The position numbers and the translations under genes are program-made. A stretch of DNA of 63,942 bases, filler included, from Collodictyon triciliatum (Eukaryota): NCBI GenBank assembly GCA_043381765.1. It is 4 parts of 4 records of this genome, joined end to end, with 100 filler letters (N's around TTAATTAATTAA, not from the genome) between each part and the next. Parts side by side here need not be neighbours in the genome. Positions count along the whole stretch, not along the records: positions 37,908 to 58,447 come from JBHJMP010001232.1; positions 58,548 to 63,942 come from JBHJMP010001238.1; 2 more parts are not named here. One strand, 5' to 3'. Position 1 is the first letter of the stretch. Each line of letters starts with the position of its first letter. The notes under the pieces were generated by a model. That model had not been told where the DNA came from, made no database searches, and worked only from the letters and a program-made list of their open reading frames with translations. This document shows, in pieces, positions 49,395 through 63,878 of this stretch.

Positions 49395-52300
49395 TCAGGA
49401 AATAACGCATGTGCGGGTTTGGTGGTTGGCCATATCGCGGACTATGTTGCCCATGCTTCCTTGCTGCTCAAGACTCGGCTCTGCATCCACGGCTGCCTCT
49501 GCCCGTGCGCTTTGAGCCTCATTTATGGGGACTGCACCTGCGTTCTGGAGGGCAGCCTCCTTGGCGGGTCCTGGGGCAAGGTGTGAATCGTGGATGATGA
49601 GAAAGAAAAAAACAAGGAAAAAAAATGAAAAATATTAACACCGCTGATGAACATAGACATGCAGTATCTACGTTGTGATTAAATTAAATAGCAGACAGAG
49701 AGGATGCTTGGACTCGGTTCCAAACCTTCAGGCCGATGTGCCTGCATAATGGGATTGGTTCTGTGGTGGGTATTATGTTGGGCTTCGATGGTCGGTTGGT
49801 GGTGGGGATGTATCTGTGTCTGCGTCTGTGTCTGTGGTTGTGTTTGCGGTTGAGCTTGAGCCTTGTGCGCTTCAACATCTTTGCGAGGCCCGTTTATCGG
49901 AGGCAACGGAGACATCGGCCCACCCGTGCGGGCAGCCGGAAGTGGGGACAACACAGGCTCAGATCTGTTTGCCTTTGCTGACTGCGGCCGCACAACTGGA
50001 TGTGTTATGTCGCACAGTCAGAGATAGAGGCAGAGAGAACGAGGAGGCGAGTCATGGATGCGGGTGCACACATATAAGTATCTTAATGTGCATAGAGATG
50101 CTGAAGTGATGCTTCCGTACAAGCCTCCAAACAAGCGCAAAGTCATCACTCCAGTACACATACCCTTCTTGGCTCCGGCCTGGGTGGCTGCTTCGTCCTT
50201 GGCTTTCGTAGACAGCTGCTCGGGCGTGGTCGGGCGGTTGCCTTTGCCCGTAGGCGAGCCAGGGCGGGAATTTGAGGGCGAACAAGGCGCAGACGTCACT
50301 GCCCCGTCGCCTGATTTCTTGCCTGCAGCCGCCCCGCCTGCATCTCGGCCTCCTCTTTGTTGCCGAGCTTTGTTGGTCTCTTCAAACTGCTGCGCATACT
50401 GCTGCTTATTCACAGCAACCCCGTGCGTTGCAGCAAGCAGTTCCGCAGGCACCTGGTATTCAGCCGATACTGCAGTGATTTCTGTTTGCACAAACCGCGT
50501 CTTTGTCCGCCGTGTCAGTTTGTCGATGTTGGACCGAATCTGCCGCACAAGTTCTGGGTCGACTGTGGGCCGTGCCACACCAGGACGGCTCTGCAGTTGT
50601 TATTGTTTTGAATTAAAAAAATTGAAGTAAATTAAAGTTAAGAAACAAGAATAATACAACAATTCAGCAAGCTGGTCGTATCTCAAAGGGAAGCCATAAA
50701 AATATACACATCAGGGAAAATAGAAGCTCCATCATGTGCAGGAGTATTTATTCTTTGTACGAAATATTGTTTTGTTTTTGTGCAGAAGAGAGGTATTGGT
50801 CATATATTTTGTTGAACAAATTAAATATTATCATGCTGACTTCAACATAAAACAAGTGTCATTTGGCTGGGGAAAAAAAATACCTCAGCGCCGCCATTTT
50901 CTAGTGGGCGTGGCACAGACGGACTCATAGACAACTCGACCTATGCATTTAATTATACATAAATCATATTCATAATTGTCTCCATATCATATGTGCATAA
51001 TATGGACACGTATTCACCTTTTGAATAAATCTAAAAGAAAAGAGTGCATTTAGGAATATTTTAAATTTCAACAGTAAATCTCATATAGGATACCTTTTCA
51101 TATAGTTTCTTCAAGGATTCTAAGTGCTTGATAAGGTCTGTCTTTTCCATCTCCAACTGTTGGATTCGTAACTTACTACGCTCATCTTCGAGTCTCTTCT
51201 CATTCAATTCCTTACGAAGTTGCTTCTGAAAGACATCAGGCCGAAACTCCTTCCCCATTACAAGCTGGTTGAGTTCATAAGACACACGAGGCAACATACC
51301 TTGGTCGCCACTGATGCGAATAATCTAGATGAAAAAAATTATTGTTCACACATGATGAACCCTGTGTTCTTTACCGTGTGTTTACAGGTTTGATGACATA
51401 ACATATATAGCATAATTCATACCTCCGATAAACTATGCAACTGCGTCTCCCCAACACTGAAGTAAAATTTGAGGCGATTTATTTCATCTGTATGTAGTTT
51501 TTGAGTTTGTATTGTGTGATTGTAAAATTTTAAAGAATGCAGAAGGAACAAGCAAATAAATAAATGAATTCATCAACAGCAAGATATGCTAGGCATTTTG
51601 GACTTCAATAAAGACCTTTCATAGCTTTTTCTTTGACAGAAAACTCCTCTTTCATAATTTCCATTTGCTTGGGTGCATTATTATAAAATCGCATAATCAG
51701 TTTTCAAAAAGATACAAGAATTGTTTAAAAAATGACGAAAATATTGCGTTGCGTAACCAAAATAAATATAGTTAACAGAGAAGCCAAAACACTTATTTGG
51801 AGTACCTTGGCGATAGTCGATGAATCAGCATCGGTTTGGGCTTTCTTTTTTGTATTCCCTTTAGAAGAAACATGTAGCGCTAAAAAAATAATAATAATAA
51901 TTATGTGTGTATAGTGTGGATAAATCAAACATGTTGTAAGGCTTTCGGTAGTATGCATCATGAGATTTTTATAACTTGGAATATGTGTAGCAAGCACAAC
52001 TACTTACTACTACCGATGGCCCCGGTTGCAGTTCCAGGATGTTGAATATCGGCATTCGGCTCTGCGTACACGTGAACAAACAAAAACTCCTTGATAAGGT
52101 ATACCAGTATTTCGCGGTCTACCCTAGATAACAATAACAAACGTGGGGGAAATAAGAAAAGGATTCAATATATGACGATTGAAATTTATTTATTTTTTTA
52201 CTGTGCAAACAACAGAAAAAAAAACTACGAATCCATACTTTGGAATGGTAAATTGCTGTTGGAAATTGAACTCTGGGTTGATTGACCCTGATACAACTTT

Positions 52301-55300
52301 AGTAAGAATACTGTCCTGGCCAAACAATGAAAACTGGCAAAACGCATTCTTTGTGAACTTGGCAGGAAGTCCTCTGGCATATGGTAACCGAACTAAAAAA
52401 TCCAATCTTCTCCCTAAAATAAGATAGCACTTATGAAAAGAATTATACATCTCCACCCAGCGGTCAGTTCTGTAACTTTTCTTTGAATGGATAATATTTG
52501 TGTTTTCTATTTTTCTTTCTTGTCATCTTATACAACTTTATATAAATATATAATGAGAGGCTGTGTATTTTCCTACTCGCACAATACTACGCCTAGATAC
52601 TCGATAAGTCTATTTGCTCTATTTTAGGCTAATTTTTCAATTTTCTTAATGAGACCTATTAGTTCCTCGGGTTCATCCACGTCATATTCATCCAGTAGGT
52701 CATCATCAATCACTCGGCCATCAGGGGTGCAGGGCACAACGGCAATCTTTAAAATGCATTGCACAGACGAATGTATTAGTTTCTCATCATCGACGAGAGT
52801 CATCCCACGAAGGAGATGAAATCTGAGAAGTAAATCAACCTGCAGAGAACCCATAGACAAGTTTGAAGCACCTTTAATATCTGTCATCGTCTCAAAATCA
52901 ATCATGTTGGCCAATGATTCTAAAAGAACAGAAGCAGAGCCCAAATGCACCTTACAACACACGGTTAGAAAAAATGGGGAAGAAATGGGCATGTTTCTAT
53001 ATAATTTATATAAAATATTCATTCACTAATAAAAAAAAATTTTTTAAAAAAAACAGGTATGAAAAACAAAGGTTCCTCGGTGATACTAAACAAGTTAATA
53101 TTTCAAATTCAGGCCAAATAGCTCTTCCAAGAAGTATCTCTCACTTTCTCAGGTGGGTCCCAAAACGGGTCGTGGTCGATGTTTATCGATAACTCATCAG
53201 AATCGATGTAATTTTGGTAACTGTGATAAACTAAATTAATCCATGTCCAGCATGCTCTGCGTTTGTAAATATAAGACGGCTGATAATAAGACTAAGAATG
53301 AACGAAACAAAACTCTAATGACACAGCAATCAGTATGAATACTCTACAGGGCTGACTTACAATTCACGCATTAGGTACACTCTATTTAAAAACTTATCCA
53401 CCGACCAAACCCACATCCCACTCTCGTCTTGTGTCTGAATCTTAACTCGTAACTCAGGTACCAGTTGGTTTCCTTTAAGCCGAGATAGTACGTGTTCGAA
53501 TTATTAAGAGACAAGGAAACAATGTGTCACTTTTCAATCAATTTAAATTCAAAAGAAATTTTGTATATCCTTCACCAGAGTATGTTGGCATTATGATTGT
53601 TGAGAACAATAAGCCTTTATCGAGCTCCACTGAAATGTCATTCGCTTCGTTGATCAGTGGGAGGAGCTGCACCTGAAAAAATACAAGAGAAGTTGAGGAC
53701 ATTTATTATTTTTCGATGCCAGCACATATGCATATTGAATATCAACCAGCTGTTCTTGAAGAATTTGATGCCTCTTTTGGGCCTCCGACGATGCACTTGG
53801 ATAGTTGAACCGTTTAATTGAAGTGGGTCTAATTATAATACCGATACTGAATTGAGTGAGAATAAATTACAGACCTAGCTTCACTATCCATCGGAACATC
53901 TATCCCTTTGTCCTTCGCAATCTCGTTCTAATGATAGCACCCACTGTTAGAGGTCCGGATGATAATTACAGCTACACTCAAATACGTACCTGGGCCTCTT
54001 CCCATGAAAAATCATGGTCTCTGGACGGATTCGCTACCTATTTAAATACGTTAATTTCATATACCGAACTAGCTCTCATCCTCAGAATAATCGATAGCAA
54101 AGCCCAGCTATTCGAGCACTCTCACAACAATAATTATATCATTCAAGTAATGAGCTATAAAGACTTCTTGGGGAAATAACTATGTGACAGTGAATCGATA
54201 CCCTGGGGTCGTAAAATATATACAAGTGGTTGTTTCCGAATAGAAGTCTGTCATTATGCTGCAATGAGATGGTTTCATTCTGCACGAGTTGGTGGCCATT
54301 TCGATACACCTTTGCATCCTTAGAAAAAAAAGCATTGAATTACGACACAACTTCGAGACATTACATTCCCATTTTGAACAAACATTATTTTAAGGGCATA
54401 ACAGAGAGAGGGAAAGGAAAATTCCAAAACTTCAAGTCGTCTAATCGAACCTGAATGCAAGTGAGAAGGTAACCTCCGTTTTCCTGACGAATGATGAGTG
54501 CATGCTTGTCTTTTATACTTTGTGTAATTTTAGTATAGAATTGGTGTAGCTAGATTAAAAATGAAAGGGAATAATAGTAATAATAATCATAATAATAATA
54601 ATAAAAAGGAAAAAGGAAAAAAGAGGGAAGAATGGCCAAGTGAATAGAATTTGGCTTCTGTAGGTATAAATTGTAATTTTTGAACAGACACAAATGAATG
54701 TCCAATAATCATTCAATCCTTACCTGAGTCCTGAGAGTTGTATGAATGACATTTCATGAGTATTTTCGCCAACAACTTTTCCAATGAGGGTTCGAGAAGA
54801 TTCAAGAAATTGATAGATAAACTTGCTCAGTGCCGGGTCCTGCATGGATTAAATAAGGAGAAGTATAGAACATGAATGCCCTTATTTGCTGTGGTGATTG
54901 GATGCCGAGTGGTCGAGGCTTTTTTTTTTTTTTTTAATAAAGGCATAAAATCAATTAAAACATAAATTAGTATTTCTTTTACCTCGTTCAAATTGAATAT
55001 ATGTGGGACATTCATTTTCTTCCTCTCCAGTTCGCGGCTCTTCTCTTCGGCCTCGATTTTCTGTGTGTCGAAAATGTTTAAGATACTATTCTATTAGTGC
55101 GCGATATTGTACTATTTAAATTTGGCAGATTCAAATATATTCCATGTTCGCATAGTGTCTTAATAAATACTTGTTTTTCAACTTCCTGAAGTCTCTGTTT
55201 TGTCTCCTCATAATCTGAGCGAAGAGTGTCCATTTGGTCATCCCATTTCTTGTTCTCCGTTTCGAGCATCTTCATATTTTCTGTTCCAATAAGTCGTGTG

Positions 55301-58300
55301 TGAATTGATATTTAATTCAAAAAGGAAATTATAGGAAAATATATGCCTTACATACACATAGTCCTTAATAACAACATCAATAATTGGTATTCCTGAATTC
55401 ATCTCACCCTCCATCTTCGATTTCAATTCTAATTCCATCTTTTCACGAATTTCTGTCATTTCTGTAGATACACATAATAGAATACAAAAAGATATCTATC
55501 AGTTTGACATGCTTTATTGTGTATATTTTTACACATGTATTATTCCTTTCCTTAAGCTACAAATTTCCGAGTGTTTGGTTCTTGTATATTTGTTTATCTT
55601 AAACCTTCTTCTGATATGCCTTTTTGTGGACCTTGACCGCTGGATATTTTCTTGATTTGTTCCAGTAGCTTCATGTTCCTTTTAGACAAATAGTAAATAT
55701 AATATCCACAAAGCTGAATCGTTTTTTTATTTCCTGATCAAAATCGATTTCTAGTAGGGTTTGGTTTTAAATTACTCTTCTTTTAATTTCTGGATCATAA
55801 GCTGTGTTGGGTCAAGATTTACGACAGCCTTGTTTTTAATTTTCTTGGCGCGGTCAGCATATCGCAAAGTTGATAATGTTTCATCGAAATTAATATCGGC
55901 AGGAGAAAGTGCAGCAATCATGATTGTTTTACTGAAATTCAAAATAGTGTATATAAGATTATCAATTTGGTAAATATTTTTAGTAGAGTATATTATCTAT
56001 AAAACAAATACATCATTCAAGAAATTATAGTTGTCATATATAAATAAATCAATTTAAAAATTACCTATTTCCTCCAAGGGCATCTTGCAAAATCATTGTA
56101 AGCTTGGAGTCGCGGTACGGGATAATAATCTTCTTCTTCGGATTCGTGGAAAGCTCAGCGAGAGCCTGAGAGCAATATATATGGTTTCGATTATAATTTT
56201 TTTTTCCAAAGGTGATCTCTTAGTTCTCTTCTTTCGTACTTATTTTGGTTTTTTTTAAAAAAATATTCCCTCACATCAACAGCTGATTTTATGACATAAA
56301 ATGGAATAAATTGAAAAAAAAAAGTAAGAAAATGCTTATGCATTTAGACTCACCTCAATCACATTACCAAGCATAGTTAAACTCAAGTTAATAGCGGAAC
56401 CTTCTTTGAGACGGTCACCTGTGGCACCAGTGCTGTCTGCTCTTTCACTTCCTATGATATTCCATATTGATTGATACTTTTGCGTCTGTGTGGTATCACT
56501 CAACACAAGAATTGTTTCAAATATGACAAAATAAATCTCACATTTTATTCGGATCTTGAGTGAAGCTATTATCAAAATATAAAAGAATCACCAACCTGCC
56601 AGATCTACAAGATTTATCCTCGACTTCTGCTCTAGGTTTTTTCCAGGTCCATTTCCGTCTATAGTGATTTGCGTGAAGTTGATAGCGACCTATGACATGG
56701 CCTTTTCAATTTTTTTGGAAAGAAATTTTCCGAATTCATCTCGTAAATTAATTAGAGTTTTATTTAAGGTGCAGCGCCATTGAATATTTTAATGCTCTGG
56801 TTTTTGATGAGAAAGCCTCTAAATTAAAGGCAAATTGAGGAAGTGCATAAAGAAAAGGTAAATTTCAGTACAAAGTAGATGAATATAGAGAAAAAAAAGT
56901 AGTAAGCGTGCGCAGAAAACAAACCACAGTGTGAGCACGGGAACTCGTGGCATTCATGTTTGTGGATGCAATTGTGCGATTCCGTGTCCCTTCTAAAACT
57001 TTTTGATCGATTTCAGTATAGCTGTTCACTTTAATTTCCTGAAGCCCGATGACTTGAGTCCCCATCTTAGGGAGACTTCGAACTTGAAGACCTCCCTTTG
57101 GATTATCCTTGCTCATCAAATCTCGAACTTGTTCGTTGTAAATCTCAAGCATGGAGACTGTGACAAAGAATTTCTGCGGATATAAAGGGGTATTCATGGC
57201 TGTTAGAAATTTGGAAAATCATATGATTTTTTTTTTTCATATCGCATAGTCAAAAGTAAGTCATCACCACAACCTTTGAGCCATCTGTGTTTCCGTCTAT
57301 AATTTGGAAGAGCTCATCGCAAGTGATTGGGACAATACCTTTATTTCTTCCTATATAAGCGGTATCAATATAACCTCAGAAAACCATTATAGATAAAGGA
57401 AAATAATGTAATCACTATGATTCTACTGAAAGCAAAGGAATATGAGGTGCGAATCACTTCAAAAATATACAATGGCGTGCTTTTACCGTATCCGACCATA
57501 GAGTAGCTTTTACCGGACCCTGTCTGGCCGTATGCAAAGAGACTGCAATTGAACCCTATAAACATTTAAGTTAGATAGGAAATTTCATGTCAGGACCCCA
57601 TACGATTGATTGCACTGACCTCATCTAATAAGAGTAGCAAAGAAAAGAAAAGAAAATGACATAACACATACATCAATATTTATTTGCGTGAGTTTGATGT
57701 ACCTCGTTTGGCATTATCCAGCACAGATGCACCTAGGTCATCAAACACTTTGCGCTGGTCTGCGTATTTATAATCCATGGCAACCATTAAACCTGCAAGG
57801 AGATAAGAAAATGATAATTTTTTGCCCATATTGTACTAATTACTTTTTTTTTTTAGTCAGACGAAGAAGCGGAGAGACATATGAGAAAGTAGTGACACTA
57901 GAAGCATCGTAGAGAGATTGCAGAATATGTATAGTAGACTGCTGTATAAAAAACTAGATCACTCACCATCAGGTTTTGTAGCAAATCCATCATGTGACCA
58001 GTAAGAGTAATCAAAACTAAAGTTCTTCTTTTCCTCTGTAATGGCATTAATACATGTTAAGGGCCACCAAATCGTTTGTTTGTTTGTTTGTTTGTTTGTT
58101 TGTTTGTTTGTTTATTTATTTGTTTTTTTTTTGTTTGTTTATTTGTTTGTTTGTTTACTTCCCATTCTTTATCACCTATATATTTTATATGTGTTGTTTC
58201 GAGTGTAAAGCTAAAACATGTCAACGTAATGCAATACGCACGGTTCACCGGGTTGACAATTGACGTCATTTGCCCTTCCATCTGGATGATGAGTTTTGCG

Positions 58301-58367
58301 CTTCGATCCTTCTCACGCTGGTTGAATGGACGCACACGCACAGCGACACGTACCGAATCGCCACTCA
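49395..58367 (-). CDS. Kinesin-3 family motor, KIF28/KLP-6-like (motor, FHA, C2-like tail, C-terminal CaaX); 5' end at the contig edge
   Basis: [104 protein letters not shown] and [13 protein letters not shown] (FHA); last exon ends TRTCVIS*. Confidence 0.9.
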
Positions 58368-58403
58368 CTATGAAAGAGCGCGCAATTGCATGTGAGTCGG
58401 AAC

Positions 58404-58406
<3 letters not shown>

Positions 58407-58447
<41 letters not shown>
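58407..58447. repeat. (CA)n microsatellite at the contig end
   Basis: Directly visible. Confidence 0.95.
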
Positions 58448-58547
58448 NNNNNNNNNNNNNNNNNNNNNNNNNNNNNNNNNNNNNNNNNNNNTTAATTAAT
58501 TAANNNNNNNNNNNNNNNNNNNNNNNNNNNNNNNNNNNNNNNNNNNN
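58448..58547. other. Artificial contig spacer
   Basis: N44-TTAATTAATTAA-N44. Confidence 0.97.
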
Positions 58548-58655
58548 ATATGGATATTTTTCGTTTTTATGTTTTTCAATTTTCTTTTTCCCCTAATGCG
58601 ACATTTGATTTGTTTTTTTTTTTTTTTTTTTTTTTTTATCAAACCTTGACCATAG

Positions 58656-59313
58656 GCTGAGAGTGTCCTGAGCTCTGAAAACTTGAAGGATGTCATTGGT
58701 CCAAGCATAATCAAGCAGTCACTCACTGTGATTACCAGAGAACCATCTAAAGTTGTTGAACAGACAGCACCATCTACGATTGAAGAAGCTCCTATCGATG
58801 AGGGTGCTTTTTTTCTCTTCATCCCATTGACTTATCTTCATCAATGTAGATATATATTGAAAATGACTTCAAGGGTGGGTGCTGGGTGAAATGTGTTTCA
58901 TATGATTTAGAAATTCAAAACAGAACCATTCTTCTTGCTTGAACATTTATTCTGGACATTATTTAATCCCAACGTAGCAACGGTTACAACCATCGTTCAC
59001 GTAACCAATTTCATGAGACCAGTGAATTTGTTGAACTTAAAAGCTCGGGTAGAGAGCCATGGAGAAATCAAGTTCTTCTGGATGGACTCTATCAAAAGCC
59101 AATTGATAACCTCGGTAAATCTTTTACAAAATAATAACAATGGCAATCACCTGATACTTGACATAATATTTGTCATGTTTAACAATATGAGTCATATAAT
59201 CGGCAACTCGTCTCTTATGTCACATTCGATTTAAACGACTAAGCAACATCCCGTTTACGTATACTATTTCACCAGTTTAATTCAGCCGAATCGGCAAAGT
59301 CGGCCTATAAGGT

Positions 59314-59395
<82 letters not shown>

Positions 59396-60018
59396 ACAAT
59401 GGATGATCATATACGTGTCTCACTCCTTATTACTAACTCTCCTCTTTTATCTTATCCTCTCACTTTCAGAGAAATTTACAAATGCGAATATTAACCAACG
59501 AATAATAATCTAAATAAAAACTTTTGTGACAAAGGCTTTTAACGGGAAAAGGTGGCCTGAAGACCAGATCGAGTGTCGTATATTGAAGTCCGCTTTTATC
59601 GACCAACCTGCTGTGGATGCAATTGTGTCATCACGTGACATAGCCAAGGAATTGAAGAGTCGCGATGAACAATTGGAGTTGAAGCAGAAGCGATTGGAAG
59701 AGGCCCCACAAAGACAATTCGAAGCTAAGAAGCCCGCTGACACGCTGCCAGCAAAGACTTCAGGTAGTGTTCTCAGAAAAGAACCTCCTAAAGAAACCGA
59801 CAGGGACGCAGCCCGAGAGACTGAGAAGGACGCCGGAAAGAAGGAAGAGAGAAGACCTGCTGAGCCCCGCAAGGAGACCGCCCGAGATAACCGCGAGAAA
59901 TACACAAATAGCTCCGGTAATCTGCATGTCATATGGCGAATAGCCATAATAGCTTTCGCGATTTGATCTGTGACAATTAATGCAGCACGATTACATTATT
60001 TACTTAAGGAATCTCAGT

Positions 60019-60052
<34 letters not shown>

Positions 60053-60303
60053 CCATTATCCATTTAGGAAAGTTAAAGCCAAAGGAAATATATGAACTCT
60101 TCACATAAATTTTCTTTCCTTTTTCTTTTATATATATTGCAGCGGTTGTGAAGTTGGGCGATTACTTCCGAAAGACAACCACGAAGCCAATTCTATATTA
60201 CTTGCCGCACTCCGACGCGCAGGTGAAGGAAAAGTATGGAGAAAAAGCTGTCTTGAATATCCATGAGCGCCAAAAGGAGACCACCGAAGCCGCGGCATCT
60301 TAA
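58656..60303 (+). CDS. ACIN1: Acinus (RRM + RSB motif); 5' partial
   Basis: TIVHVTNFMRPVNLLNLK...FWMDSIKSQ|FNSAESAKSAYK|AFNGKRWP matches the Acinus RRM; last exon LGDYFRKTTTKPILYYLP matches the RSB motif. Confidence 0.85.
59317..59392. repeat. (CT)n intronic microsatellite
   Basis: Directly visible. Confidence 0.95.
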
Positions 60304-60942
60304 AGAGCATCAAGCTGCCTCATGCGCCTCTCTCTGGATCGCCAGGGAATGCGGAGATATAAACAAAGAATCGAAACAGTGCCGAGCAGTTTTGAACAGT
60401 CTTTGCTTCTCTACCTCCAAAAAAAAAAAAAATGAAAAAATGAAAAAAAAAAAATGAAAAAACGAAAAGAGCTCGATGTGGGGTTGTCTATGGTAAAGAT
60501 GAATCCAGACCACCTTTCTGATTTAATATCATCGTCATTATATTTATGACTTCTGGGAGGTTTCTTTTCGATTCACTTTCGCTTATCTCTGAGCTGCGGC
60601 TTAGTCATTCTCGCAGCACAGCATTTCAGCGGGTTCAGAATAACAGAAGACCACTCAACAACACGCACGAATATCTACAGGATAATCCTAGTTCACTTCC
60701 ACCAGGCTTGTTAGCTAGTCTGTCACTAACTATTATTTCTTTGGTTTACCTAGATCGCCTCGCGCCAAGTACACAGGAAGCAAATCAACAAACAAACGAA
60801 TATTATTATTATTATTTTTTAAAAAAAAGGCAATAATTACACCAAAAGACCAACCCTACCGAAGAAGGACAAAGCAGAGGAAAGAGAAGACGACCAAACA
60901 GCCGGACAAGCAATCAAGAAAACAGACTCTCATATTACAGGA

Positions 60943-63803
60943 ATGGCTTCAAGTGTAATTGGGGGCCTCTGTGCACTTTGGCATTTGGGAAGCGGGCCCT
61001 TCTTTGTTCTTCGTCTGATAACGCGGCTGTTAGGCACAGACGTACCAATAGCCTTGCGTTGGGGCTGCGCTTTAAGTGTTGGTCATGTTGTGTGGACCTT
61101 CTTTGCTATTGTCTTTGCTAGCTTGCACGGCCGCTTCGATGAAGGGAATGGGTTCTATGCCTCTCTATGGCTGACCGTGGGCGGGCTCCTTTGTCAAAAC
61201 TACACAGTTCCAGTCATGCCTGTTAGTCTTTCATCAAGTGCAGGTTCCCTCAGCGCGTCATGCTCTGCAAAGGATCGCTCAGTAAAGTCGAGTGGGACCG
61301 AAACCCCCAGTTTGAATCATATATCACAAAGCCAAAAGTGGCTGCAGAATGACCCATCTGAAGAATACGTGGCCGAGTCGAAAGGGAGACAACATACCAG
61401 TTCCATATATCGTTTAAAATTTCAGAAACAAATAGCTTATTTCTTGATGATTTATGTGCCATTGGTAGTGGCATACTACAGGCTATTTTCACCGACTTAT
61501 GATGTTGACCAGAATAATCAAAAGGTATGCTTATATTCCCTCCCATGCACATAAAAAAAAATATCATCAAGTGTGGTATTCGCGTTCTGTTGTTTCTTTA
61601 GTTCTATGTGTCACTCATTCCATGGGCCACGTTTAATTCTAAACTTTATTCTATTTTGAATCGAATAAAGGGGAAAAAAGCCTCTAAACTTTATTCCTCT
61701 ATTCAAACGACCAAACATTAGGATTTGTTTGGAGCTGTTGATAGAAACGTTGACAATAAAGAGGGTCATGGAGATGAAATGACGCTCTTTGACGACCTCA
61801 ATCAACAAATTTGGAAGACATCAGACGCAGCATGGGAATCGGTAGCATACCACTCCACACTAACGCACGCAGTGAGATATGGTCGTATGTCTGTTTGGGG
61901 TGTCATATGGACATGGGAAAGTCCTCTGCTTTCTGGCACACGCCCATCACACCCTATGCTAGCTGATGTACATGCTGGATTGTTCATGCATTCGACTGGA
62001 ATGAGCATATCAAGTGTTTGGGTGTTGTCGGGCGTGGTTTTACATATACCCGCCCTGATTATATCTTTGGTTCACCTAACACACCGCATTGCTCCTGATG
62101 CCCCTTCGTCCTTATCTTTGTTATCTCCCCTTCTCTTCCTTGCGGCAGGAAGCGACCCCATCGACCAGGCTGCGTCCTTGTACTGGCCTTACGTTCTTCG
62201 AGATATCTTGTTCCCTCAGAGGTCGGCGCTATATGCGTATCCTATAGGTAAGTTATTTTTCTTTTTCTTTTTTCTTTTTCTTTTCATCTGCCCTTATATT
62301 TTTTGAATGGTCTTAATTAAAAGACATACGAATTCGACCTTATCCACACAAAGATTTTTATACTCGTTTCATCTCAACTACCACGATACCAATACTGTGG
62401 GTGTTGCAATAAAATAAAATTTTTGAATTGACTCTAAATTTACAATTATCATTATTTCCCTATTCCCCTCTGGATTTATTGATGTAGTTATATGTGTCAT
62501 CAATCTCGCATTGTTGGCGGTATCACAAAAGCATAAAATTCGAAGACAAAGGATATATGTAATAGCAGGACTGTTCACTGGAACACTGACAACACTTATT
62601 CCACAAGCTTACATTGGAACACAAGTTTTCGTTTTGGGACTAATATGTGCATTTCATCAACCTGATGAATCACGCACCGTGGTGGTATACACAAAGAAAC
62701 CAAATAGTTCACTTAGAGGGTTGTGGCAGGATGTCGGATTCTTCATGGGGTGTGCCTCATTAGTAGGATTACCATTTCTATTTTCTTATCTACCGCACGA
62801 GCCACACCTAGAAACAGCACGATATCCACGGTTTGGTGTTTCCATTTGGTCTGATATTATGGAATGGGTAGCCGCAAACAAAGCCAAGCTAGGGTCTCAA
62901 TTAGACAGTTCAGAGCCACAATCAGCTCTTGAGTATATCTGGCACACAGCAGGGCTTCATATTTTCATAACGACGTATGGTTGGAGATACCTTGACTCGA
63001 GACAAAAACGAATCTCAATTGCAGGGTGGGCTGTCTATATTTTCACATGCGGAGTCCCTATGCAACCAAATCCAGGAGCTCATGCCCTGGCTCAGTTAGT
63101 TTGGCTCATAGTGCAAACATCAATAACCGGCTACATATCCCTGCAAATGATTTTCTCAGCTTCGCAAACTCATCATTCTGTGTTACAAAAGAGTCCTCAA
63201 ACCCAAGGAAAATCTGATGAGCAACCTTTCTCATTGACATCTACGGAAAAAAGGCCTCAATTTGGTCGCGCATCCCCTTTTCAAAAGCCAGTCATGATAT
63301 TCGTTCTTGGGTTAATGGTCGCACAAGGGTTTTTTGCTTTGCACTCTGACTTGCAGGACCTCTATGTTACTCACTCGAACGAAGACTTGGCTTTGGCTGC
63401 TTGGGTTAGAGTCCATACAGACCCAACAGCCAACTTTCTTCTTTCTGTTGACGACCCTGACACCATTTCTGAGTTTCATCCTGTTTCTAGCCTGGCAGGA
63501 CGCACTCGGTTTGTCTCTCCGGAAATCTGGCTTTGGCCTGACAAACCCGCTGTTGCCAGGCGTAATCGGGAGATTCGCTCTTTAAAAACAAACACTGACC
63601 ACGAAAAGTTCATTCGCCTGCTCGACAAATACCACATCGATTACATCGTAACACCTACAAGAGAAAATCATTCAAGAAGTGCGCCGATGATACCATGGGT
63701 CCTTCTTGAGGCGCTGACAGATTTGAAATACAGTCAAAATGGATACATGGTCTGGGAGTCGCGCCATATTGTCCCTCCGCCTGAAAAGAATAAACGGGAT
63801 TAA
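60943..63803 (+). CDS. Multi-pass membrane protein, putative GT-C-like glycosyltransferase; 3 exons, ~800 aa
   Basis: Exons ~60943-61524, 61722-62247 and ~62488-63803 splice in phase. Many hydrophobic segments, LFPQRSALYAYP, and a C-terminal LAAWVRVHTDPTANFL...HPVSSLAGR...LLDKYHIDYIV domain resembling bacterial GT-C-like membrane proteins. Confidence 0.6.
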
Positions 63804-63846
63804 CAAAACAAATAAATGACCTTGACGCACCATTCTTTGACTTCCA

Positions 63847-63878
<32 letters not shown>

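Noticed and set aside
58360-58447. Kinesin start codon possibly split by an intron (A|TG AGT GGC)
   Set aside because: The upstream exon lies beyond the contig end, so it cannot be tested here.
20548-58547. Recurrent TTAATTAATTAA as a biological motif, and gene neighbourhoods spanning it
   Set aside because: Always centred in identical N runs, so it is an artificial joiner; no synteny inferred across it.
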